Positions 8,184 through 14,135 of a stretch of 41,591 nucleotides of DNA are shown here, one piece after another; positions within the stretch are counted from its first letter, which is position 1; every line of letters begins with the position of its first letter. Position numbers and translations under genes: made by a program. Below the pieces are notes generated by a model. The model was not told the origin of the DNA and searched no databases. It saw only the letters and a list, made by a program, of their open reading frames with translations. Origin of the DNA: a virus. Its lineage: Duplodnaviria; Caudoviricetes. Location of the stretch: positions 1 to 41,591 of IMG/VR virus record IMGVR_UViG_3300044852_000021; one strand, given 5' to 3'.

Positions 8184-8359
8184 GCTGTGTACCCATCGGC
8201 TTTCGTGTAGTTGGATCGGAAGTAGGCGCGGGCCGGGTTGTTGAGTTCCAGCCATTGCGCCTCAGTGAAGCCCCACGCCGAGATGACACGCGCCTCATGC
8301 GGATCCAGGCGGGGCTTCGGGACTGGGCGGGTGCGGCGGAAAATGCGGGGGAGGTTCAC
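8180..8359 (-). CDS. Hypothetical protein, 59 aa (below the ORF-track cutoff)
   Basis: Manual translation MNLPRIFRRTRPVPKPRLDPHEARVISAWGFTEAQWLELNNPARAYFRSNYTKADGYTA; AAGGAG RBS; overlaps at both ends. Confidence 0.7.
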   Translation of the reverse strand: MNLPRIFRRTRPVPKPRLDPHEARVISAWGFTEAQWLELNNPARAYFRSNYTKADGYTA

Positions 8360-8547
8360 CGGATCTCCTTAGCGGGAAAGTGGACGGGCTTGGGAGTGTT
8401 GGCGAACCCTGCCAGCGTCTTGCGGCTGTACGTCGCGCCGCAATTGCATTTGTTCCAGTCGCAATTCTGCGAGGAGCAATGCGGGTTTGCGGTAAGTGCG
8501 CCGCCCGGACGATCGCAAGACGGGCACGCGGGCTTCAGGTTGTTCAT
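8356..8547 (-). CDS. Small zinc-ribbon protein
   Basis: CPSC...HC...C...CNCG. Confidence 0.7.
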   Translation of the reverse strand: MNNLKPACPSCDRPGGALTANPHCSSQNCDWNKCNCGATYSRKTLAGFANTPKPVHFPAKEIR

Positions 8548-8684
8548 GCGGTGGCCTCCGTAGCGGTGTCATCTGCGGCGATGTCCCGGTAATGCCTAGC
8601 TGCCGGCTCCCACGACTGGGCTTGCGGGATGCGCAGGTCAGGCAACGGGGCGTCGTAATCGAACGGGGCTGGATCCTTGCTCAC
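8544..8684 (-). CDS. Hypothetical protein, 46 aa
   Basis: Manual translation MSKDPAPFDYDAPLPDLRIPQ...; 4-bp overlaps at both ends. Confidence 0.6.
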   Translation of the reverse strand: MSKDPAPFDYDAPLPDLRIPQAQSWEPAARHYRDIAADDTATEATA

Positions 8685-8845
8685 TTCGTCCTGCTTTCGT
8701 TGATGAGATGTTGGGCCATTTCGGCGATGCGCTGCAAATCCGGCACGAGCGGGTTGTCAGGGTCAGCGGCGATACGTGCAGCCATAACCTCAACAGCCCT
8801 ATGCGCGGCCCGGACAATGCACTCAGCGGACTGAAGATCGATCAT
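8681..8845 (-). CDS. Hypothetical protein, 54 aa
   Basis: MIDLQSAECIVRAAHRAVEV; ATGA coupling. Confidence 0.65.
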   Translation of the reverse strand: MIDLQSAECIVRAAHRAVEVMAARIAADPDNPLVPDLQRIAEMAQHLINESRTK

Positions 8846-8997
8846 TCTCGGGTCCAATCGTCGTCTTCGGGCTCGTGCTTGGCGCAGAGGTCGCCTTCGT
8901 TCTCGACTTCGTTCTCGCAGAATTCCGCTGGCTCTGGATCGACATGCCAGCTTGCGGCGCGAACCTCGACGTCGCAGTAGAAAGTTTCGGCGCTCAT
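8842..8997 (-). CDS. Small acidic protein, 51 aa
   Basis: Manual translation MSAETFYCDVEVRAASWHVDPEPAEFCENEVENEGDLCAKHEPEDDDWTRE; overlaps at both ends. Confidence 0.65.
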   Translation of the reverse strand: MSAETFYCDVEVRAASWHVDPEPAEFCENEVENEGDLCAKHEPEDDDWTRE

Positions 8998-9227
8998 GCT
9001 CGTACCCTTTCGAGGCGGGCTTCACGTTCGCGGCGTCGTGCCAGGAACGCGTTCAAGCCGGCGAGGTTGTACTCAACGGACATTCGCGCCGGCTGAGGGA
9101 CGCCGTTACGGCTGCACTTGGCGCACAATGCCCCGTACCGCTGGACCGTTCCCGGATAGTCGCCAACCTTTGCGTGTGGCGGGCGGGTAACGCTCGGGCA
9201 CGCCGCGCACTGCATAACGCCCTTCAC
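8994..9227 (-). CDS. Zinc-finger-like hypothetical protein
   Basis: CAAC ... LCAKC. Confidence 0.7.
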   Translation of the reverse strand: MKGVMQCAACPSVTRPPHAKVGDYPGTVQRYGALCAKCSRNGVPQPARMSVEYNLAGLNAFLARRREREARLERVRA

Positions 9228-9367
9228 TTGCCTTCACACTCCACACAATCGGAATCCGGGCCGTGCATCAGGTGGCAGGCGCTGGGCCGCTCCAGGTTGC
9301 GCAAGTACAGCGCATAAATGCCTAGCCCGATCCATGCGACGAGGCAGACGACAAATGGTGCGTTCAT
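9224..9367 (-). CDS. Small membrane protein, 47 aa
   Basis: Manual translation MNAPFVVCLVAWIGLGIYALYLRNLERPSACHLMHGPDSDCVECEGK. Confidence 0.65.
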   Translation of the reverse strand: MNAPFVVCLVAWIGLGIYALYLRNLERPSACHLMHGPDSDCVECEGK

Positions 9368-9639
9368 GACTCAACTCCCTTGTTGGTGTGGCGTGTCCAT
9401 TGACGGAGGCGCCCGTATTTGCGTGACTTGCTCGTTGATGCCTGGTCGCCGATAGCTTCGATCAGGTGGAGGTTGCGGGCCGCAGCGAACGCGGCGCCGT
9501 ACATGTTGCCGTTAGGTGCCGGCCTCATCTCGCGGCGTAGATCGTCGGCGGTAAACACGGCCTGCGCATTGGCGATACCGACGATGGTTGCCAGCGCATC
9601 CTCGGGCCAGTCGAGGTCGTCCAGGACTGCGGCCTTCAC
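9364..9639 (-). CDS. Hypothetical protein, possibly winged helix
   Basis: FTADDLR...NMYGAAFAAA; GTGA coupling. Confidence 0.75.
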   Translation of the reverse strand: MKAAVLDDLDWPEDALATIVGIANAQAVFTADDLRREMRPAPNGNMYGAAFAAARNLHLIEAIGDQASTSKSRKYGRLRQWTRHTNKGVES

Positions 9640-9749
9640 GCCGACATCACCGCAAACTCTTTAGCCGTGGTGTGGACTGTTGGGCGGATCGGGTGGTGGA
9701 CCTCGATGTTTCCGGTTATCTCGATGCGGGATTCCTCGATGGTGGTCAT
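9636..9749 (-). CDS. Hypothetical protein, 37 aa
   Basis: Manual translation MTTIEESRIEITGNIEVHHPIRPTVHTTAKEFAVMSA; AGGAG RBS. Confidence 0.6.
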   Translation of the reverse strand: MTTIEESRIEITGNIEVHHPIRPTVHTTAKEFAVMSA

Positions 9750-10336
9750 GCTGTTCTCCTGTCTGCGTCGTTGTGGGTGAAAAGCGAAAGCCGCAGTTGC
9801 CTCGCGGCTTCTGCGGCTTCCTCGATGGTTTTGAAGGAGCCCCCGTAGAGCTTCTTTCCGTTGTGCCCGACCGCAACCTGATAGCGGTTCTTGCCGCTTC
9901 GCACGACGCCCAGCGCTCCGGTAGAGCTATTGCGCTGAGCGCCGCTGTCATGCTCCATGTTCTGCTTGTGGGTCACGGGGCGCAGGTGGCCCGGGTTGAC
10001 GCAGGCGCGGTTGCTACAGCGGTGGTCTAGCTGCATTCCTTCTGGGATTGGGCCGACCAGCAGCTCATAGGCGAAGCGGTGGGCGGGATGGTTCTTCCCC
10101 TTGTATCCCTCCGCGAATGACCCATAGCCCTGGTCGGTCTTCGCGCCTGCCCAGTTCCAGCACCCCGGCCCTTTCTGAACTTTCATCCAGAATCGGTCAA
10201 CCATGGGGACGTGCCGGTTGGTCGTGCAAACATTGGGATCGCCCTGCCTTATCCAGCGCTGGTGATGCGTGCCGCACCATGTGCGGGCTTTCGCCGGCTT
10301 CACGCATCCTTCGATGGAGCACTCGGCGGCGCTCAT
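9746..10336 (-). CDS. HNH homing endonuclease with AP2-like domain
   Basis: RFWMKV, CWNWAG and DHRCSNRACVNPGHL. Confidence 0.9.
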   Translation of the reverse strand: MSAAECSIEGCVKPAKARTWCGTHHQRWIRQGDPNVCTTNRHVPMVDRFWMKVQKGPGCWNWAGAKTDQGYGSFAEGYKGKNHPAHRFAYELLVGPIPEGMQLDHRCSNRACVNPGHLRPVTHKQNMEHDSGAQRNSSTGALGVVRSGKNRYQVAVGHNGKKLYGGSFKTIEEAAEAARQLRLSLFTHNDADRRTA

Positions 10337-10581
10337 GCGGCCACCGCCACACGCCGCGCTGCGTTTTCGGCGTTGAGGTTGCGAATCGCCAGCATCGGTG
10401 TGGGGTCGTTGTAGGTGATGGTGCTGTAGAACTCCAGCATCTCGGCCTCGGTCGGCTCGTTGGTGAGCGTGTCGAAGCGGCGCTTAGCGAGCTTGGCGAC
10501 CTTCTTTACGGTGGAGCGTTCCTGGTCGGCGAGATCTTCACGGACCCGGTTTTCCCAGAAAGCAAGGGTGAAAATTGGCAT
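10333..10581 (-). CDS. Hypothetical protein
   Basis: 82-aa ORF with AGGT RBS, coupled to the HNH gene. Confidence 0.7.
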   Translation of the reverse strand: MPIFTLAFWENRVREDLADQERSTVKKVAKLAKRRFDTLTNEPTEAEMLEFYSTITYNDPTPMLAIRNLNAENAARRVAVAA

Positions 10582-10694
10582 GACGAATCGACCTATCTCC
10601 GAGGGACGAACCCAAGGGTGAGGTTAGAAAAGGGTGGGGTGGTTGCCCGAGCGGGCGGGGTGCTGCGGCCGGCGCTTAGCGCTGCGGCTGGGTG

Positions 10695-10889
10695 CTACTT
10701 GGTGGGCTGTGCTTCGAGCCAGGCTTTTACGGATTCGGGGCTGTAGCGGACGAGGCCGCCTATCCGGATGAACTCCGGGCCCTTTTTGTTGGTCCGCCAG
10801 TTTGCGATGGTGCCTACGGATACCTGCCACATGTGGGCCAGGTCATCGGGGGTGAGATACTGGGCTGCCGGGGCTGGGGTGTCGCTCAT
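10695..10889 (-). CDS. xis: Excisionase / MerR-AlpA-like HTH protein
   Basis: YLTPDDLAHMWQVSVGTIANWRTNKKGPEFIRIGGLVRY; follows cro. Confidence 0.8.
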   Translation of the reverse strand: MSDTPAPAAQYLTPDDLAHMWQVSVGTIANWRTNKKGPEFIRIGGLVRYSPESVKAWLEAQPTK

Positions 10890-11113
10890 GCTGTTTCCTT
10901 GAGGATGTCGATGAGTCCCAGGTCGAGGGCTTTTGCGATTTCCCCCGCTTCACGGATGGTGAAGTTCTCGGGGCGATTCATGTTTCGGTAGAGGGTGCTT
11001 TTTGCGATGCTTGCCCTGGTGGCTAGCTCGTTTCGGGTGAGGTTTTTGTTTTCCAGGGCTTGTTCGATGTTCTTGGTGATTGCCGCACTTCGGCGGGCTT
11101 CTTCGATTCCCAT
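10886..11113 (-). CDS. Cro-like XRE HTH protein
   Basis: LTRNELATRASIAKSTLYRNM HTH; first gene of the lytic operon, divergent from the repressor. Confidence 0.8.
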   Translation of the reverse strand: MGIEEARRSAAITKNIEQALENKNLTRNELATRASIAKSTLYRNMNRPENFTIREAGEIAKALDLGLIDILKETA

Positions 11114-11119
11114 GCTTCG

Positions 11120-11148
11120 ACCATAGTTCCCAAATGGGAATCAGGCAA
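11120..11148 (-). promoter_or_regulatory. Early lytic promoter (leaderless) containing a palindromic operator
   Basis: TTGCCT-17bp-TATGGT-6bp-ATG; operator TTCCCAAATGGGAA (11127-11140) sits between -35 and -10. Confidence 0.75.
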
Positions 11149-11247
11149 GTACGCCTTGACAAAAGCCCGAGTGGCGTTCTTCGGGTTGCCCAAGTGGTGG
11201 GAGTGGTGGTACTTGCGCACACGCGAGCGCGCCCGAGTACGTCAATA

Positions 11248-11323
11248 ATCCCAGTTTGGGTAGTTAATTTCCCAAACTGACTTGTTAACTGCACAAATGG
11301 GCGCTAGATTATGGATATGGGAA
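11248..11323 (+). promoter_or_regulatory. Repressor promoter (leaderless) with operator-like sites
   Basis: TTGTTA(11282)-17bp-TAGATT(11305)-6bp-ATG(11317); CCCA/TGGG half-sites; inverted repeat CAGTTTGGG-N10-CCCAAACTG (11252-11279). Confidence 0.7.
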
Positions 11324-11571
11324 ATTACGGAATCGACATCCAGGCAGCTCTTGTCATCCAGGTTAAAGCCGAGATGGCCGCCAGGGACATGAAGCAGAAG
11401 GATATGGCTCAGCACATTGGCATGCAGACCAGTACGCTCAGCCGCTACCTCTCGGGCGAGAGGGATATTCCGATGCCCGTCGTGTTTAGCATGGCGAGCG
11501 CGCTGAACTTGTCCATTATCGAACTGGTCCAGCGCGCCGAGCGCCGGCTAGAGGGTAAGGATGTCCAGTAG
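11317..11571 (+). CDS. Immunity repressor, XRE HTH, 84 aa, no autocleavage domain
   Basis: MKQKDMAQHIGMQTSTLSRYLSGERDIP HTH; divergent from cro. Confidence 0.8.
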   Translation: MGNYGIDIQAALVIQVKAEMAARDMKQKDMAQHIGMQTSTLSRYLSGERDIPMPVVFSMASALNLSIIELVQRAERRLEGKDVQ

Positions 11572-11676
11572 TTTCATCCCGTAAGACTCGGCCACCTCGC
11601 CAAGTTCTCGCGCCGTCATCGTTTCGAGGTTGATAGCGTCGCGGATCGACGGCGGGTGGAGCTGTTCGCGTTTCAT
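11548..11676 (-). CDS. Small protein, candidate damage-inducible antirepressor (alternative ATG at 11694)
   Basis: MKREQLHPPSIRDAINLETMTARELGEVAESYGMKLLDILTL; resembles the Cro C-terminus; PafBC-type promoter and SOS-like box upstream. Confidence 0.6.
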   Translation of the reverse strand: MKREQLHPPSIRDAINLETMTARELGEVAESYGMKLLDILTL

Positions 11677-11701
11677 GATTGGTGTAACCCCCATGGCTCG
11701 T

Positions 11702-11717
11702 TCGTAGATATGTTCGA
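11702..11717. promoter_or_regulatory. LexA (SOS) box-like site
   Basis: TCGTAG-ATAT-GTTCGA against the actinobacterial consensus TCGAAC-N4-GTTCGA (2 mismatches). Confidence 0.6.
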
Positions 11718-11725
11718 ATAAATAC

Positions 11726-11747
11726 ACCCTAGGCCACCCGCCTGACA
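11726..11747 (-). promoter_or_regulatory. PafBC-type (RecA-NDp) DNA-damage promoter
   Basis: Minus strand TGTCAG-GCGGGTGGCC-TAGGGT fits TGTCRG-N10-TANNNT. Confidence 0.7.
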
Positions 11748-11780
11748 CTCTGACAAGTGTTTAGGCGGGTGGCCTTTTTT
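11731..11780 (+). terminator. Intrinsic terminator for the repressor transcript
   Basis: AGGCCACCCGCCT...AGGCGGGTGGCCT stem followed by a T run. Confidence 0.8.
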
Positions 11781-11970
11781 GATCCAGGTGCGCTACTGCC
11801 GAGCGTACCCAATTGACGGTCGAAAGTTAAATCTGCGTTGAGCATCTGCTTTTTAACGACGTACACTTGGTAATGATCATCCAGATTCCATATAGAATCT
11901 GAGTATGCCCTCGCCGCGCCCGCGGACTCCTGAGGGGTTCCGAGAGTGGAAAGTGACTACCATGGACAAC

Positions 11971-12249
11971 ATGCCAAGAGGAAAGATGCAAGAGTCCCAC
12001 GAACTCGCACGAGCTATCGCTGCCGAGATTCGCGCCACTCTCGCCCGTCAAAACATGACCATCAAAGACTTGGCACTGACGAGCGGCATCTCCCAGGGCT
12101 ACCTCGGCAAGAGGCTGCGAGACGAAGCTCCGCTAAACCTGAACGACCTGCAAGCGATCTGCGATGTCTTCGAAAAAGACGTACTTGGGTTCATGTCCGC
12201 CGCGAAGGATGCCGCCGAGCCTGAGTCGAGGGGTCGAAGTGAGAGGTAG
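11971..12249 (+). CDS. Second XRE-family HTH regulator upstream of the integrase (alternative start at 11905)
   Basis: MTIKDLALTSGISQGYLGKRLRDEAPL HTH; TACCAT 7 nt before the ATG. Confidence 0.8.
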   Translation: MPRGKMQESHELARAIAAEIRATLARQNMTIKDLALTSGISQGYLGKRLRDEAPLNLNDLQAICDVFEKDVLGFMSAAKDAAEPESRGRSER

Positions 12250-13372
12250 AGCGCCGTTGCCGATTGGCACGAGTGGGCAGGTTTCATACTCGGGGCCCAA
12301 GGGTAAGATTGTGGCCCTTACCCGCTTCAGGGACTTTGACGGCGTTACTCGTCGTGTGTCCGCGCATGGCACATCACGTGCTGCCGCTGATGCCGCGTTG
12401 AAGGAGAAGCTGAAAGCGCGCACACACTTGGGCGGCCTAGAGCTAACCCGAGACTCTACGATCAGGGAGTTGTCTGAGCGGTGGCTACCGACCCTTACCC
12501 AGTCGCAGGCAACACAGGATTCGTACCGACAGAAAGTGGAGCGGTACATCCTGCCCGCCATGGGCGCGTGGAGGCTATGGGAGGCCACGACGGGCCGCTG
12601 TGAGGCTTTCCTGAGAACCTTGCAGGCAACCGCGCCGTCCATGGCGTCACAGAGCCGCGTGGTCCTATCCCTCATGATGGGACTCGCAGTGCGTTACGAC
12701 ATTATCGACCAGAACCCGGTGCGTGAAGTGATGATGGCGGCGGGGGAGAAGAAGCATGTTTCCGCGCTCACTGTTGAAGAGGTCCAGCAGCTCCGTCTGC
12801 ACATTGCCCAGTGGGCGAGTGAGAAGCCGGGGAGGGCTGCAACCTTGGACGCCATGGATATGTTTCTGGCAACCGGGCTGCGCCCTGGGGAGCTGCTGTC
12901 ATTGCAGTTCTCGGACGTTGACTTCCGGGCTGGAACTATCGCAGTGACGGGTACGGTCAAGAGGGATTCCGTGAATGGCTTGCATCGGCAGGCATTCCCT
13001 AAGTCGGAGTCCGGTAAGCGCGTGCTCACGCTGCCCCTATTCGGTGTGGAACTTCTGCGCCGCAGGAAGGTATCTGTTGCGGGGGATCTGGTGTTTCCTA
13101 ATCGGAATGGGGATCCGATGGAGCCGGCGAACTTCCGGAGGCTGTGGCGCGATGCCCGCGGCGATCAGTGGGAGGCAGTCAAGCCGTCGTCATTCCGCAA
13201 GGCCGTGGCAACTCTGATTGAGCGCGAGAGCGGATCCCTCATCGCATCCAGGCAGCTCGGTCACAGTTCGGACTCGATCACGAAGAGGCACTACATCGAG
13301 CGGAACAGGAACGCTCCTGACTCGTCGCTGATCTTGGAGCAGATGAATCAGCGCGTCACGCTGGTCCAATAA
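12239..13372 (+). CDS. int: Tyrosine integrase
   Basis: TGLRPGELL, PKS, SSFRKAVAT and QLGHS...TKRHY; GTG start overlaps the end of the HTH gene; attP follows. Confidence 0.95.
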   Translation: MRGRAPLPIGTSGQVSYSGPKGKIVALTRFRDFDGVTRRVSAHGTSRAAADAALKEKLKARTHLGGLELTRDSTIRELSERWLPTLTQSQATQDSYRQKVERYILPAMGAWRLWEATTGRCEAFLRTLQATAPSMASQSRVVLSLMMGLAVRYDIIDQNPVREVMMAAGEKKHVSALTVEEVQQLRLHIAQWASEKPGRAATLDAMDMFLATGLRPGELLSLQFSDVDFRAGTIAVTGTVKRDSVNGLHRQAFPKSESGKRVLTLPLFGVELLRRRKVSVAGDLVFPNRNGDPMEPANFRRLWRDARGDQWEAVKPSSFRKAVATLIERESGSLIASRQLGHSSDSITKRHYIERNRNAPDSSLILEQMNQRVTLVQ

Positions 13373-13394
13373 TCCCCACGCTGGGCAACCGTTC

Positions 13395-13417
13395 AAACGA
13401 CGACTAAACGACGAGTA
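13395..13417 (+). repeat. Putative integrase arm-type sites, left pair
   Basis: Tandem 11-bp AAACGACGACT/AAACGACGAGT, repeated at 13665-13687. Confidence 0.7.
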
Positions 13418-13431
13418 GCCCGGTTTTAGGC

Positions 13432-13484
13432 AAAAAGAAAACCGCTCCAGTACCGGCTTTTGACCAGTACTGGAGCGGTTTTTT
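13432..13484. terminator. Bidirectional terminator between int and the attP core
   Basis: 16-bp perfect inverted repeat AAAACCGCTCCAGTAC/GTACTGGAGCGGTTTT with A and T runs on the flanks. Confidence 0.85.
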
Positions 13485-13488
13485 GACT

Positions 13489-13525
13489 GTGCACCCCCCG
13501 GGACTCGAACCCGGAACCCATTGAT
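13489..13525 (-). other. attP core: 3' half of a host tRNA, probably tRNA-Lys(CTT)
   Basis: Minus strand ATCAATGGGTTCCGGGTTCGAGTCCCGGGGGGTGCAC (3' anticodon stem, T-arm, acceptor strand); isotype assigned from memory of actinobacterial tRNA-Lys. Confidence 0.8.
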
Positions 13526-13664
13526 CTAGAATAGCGCAACTGTTGCATACCCCACGGAAGTCCACGATAATGCCCTAACGGTCATGCAAAAACCGCGAAA
13601 TGACGCGAAATTAGCTCACGTTAAATCACGGCACGCCCCGCTGGCCCACGACATACAACGGATT

Positions 13665-13687
13665 AAAAGACGACCAAACGACGAGTA
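13665..13687 (+). repeat. Putative integrase arm-type sites, right pair
   Basis: AAAAGACGACCAAACGACGAGTA, matching 13395-13417. Confidence 0.7.
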
Positions 13688-13897
13688 AAGCAGGGACCAC
13701 GGCCGCCGGACTATGAACCGACGCTGGGGGATTTGAACCCCATTGCGAGGATCCACTTTGAATCGATATAATCCGCGCCAGCACTGGGAAGTAGGCCCAT
13801 TTTGCCCGGAATATTGAAACCGCATAAACAGCACAATTGGGGGTGATTCGACTAGGCGTCCCCCCATTGGGGGGACGATTCGAGGACGCCGACAGAC

Positions 13898-13950
13898 AAA
13901 AAATGCCCCCACCCTCCCGAGCCGCATGGGCTGGGAAGATGGGGGCATTT
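13898..13950 (-). terminator. Terminator ending the late transcript before attP
   Basis: AAATGCCCCCA...TGGGGGCATTT stem with a T run on the minus strand. Confidence 0.7.
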
Positions 13951-13994
13951 CAGTTAGTGCGCACTACCGGTCTTTACTGCCGCACACTCGCGGC

Positions 13995-14132
13995 ATGGGG
14001 ACTCTACGAAACATCTACGCATGGGTGGCGTCAAAGCTCCATGCTTCCGATCTTGACGCCACCTGCGAACACCAGGACCTTGGGGCGTGTGTTGACTGCC
14101 ACGCCGTCCTGACTGCTGACCGCTCCGCCTAG
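13995..14132 (+). CDS. Small Cys/His protein, 45 aa, moron-like
   Basis: MGTLRNIYAWVASKLHASDLDATCEHQDLGACVDCHAVLTADRSA; CACACT 6 nt before the ATG; fills the gap convergent with 14136. Confidence 0.5.
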   Translation: MGTLRNIYAWVASKLHASDLDATCEHQDLGACVDCHAVLTADRSA

Positions 14133-14135
14133 AGG

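Noticed and set aside
8180-8359. Possible frameshifted gene suggested by ORFs 8101..8298 and 7926..8255
   Set aside because: Recounting the G run at 8347-8351 gives an intact 59-aa ORF that is simply below the track cutoff
11156-11161. TTGACA as an additional rightward promoter
   Set aside because: No acceptable -10 element at 16-18 bp spacing
13489-13525. A second tRNA gene
   Set aside because: Only the 3' half is present; the context fits an attP core
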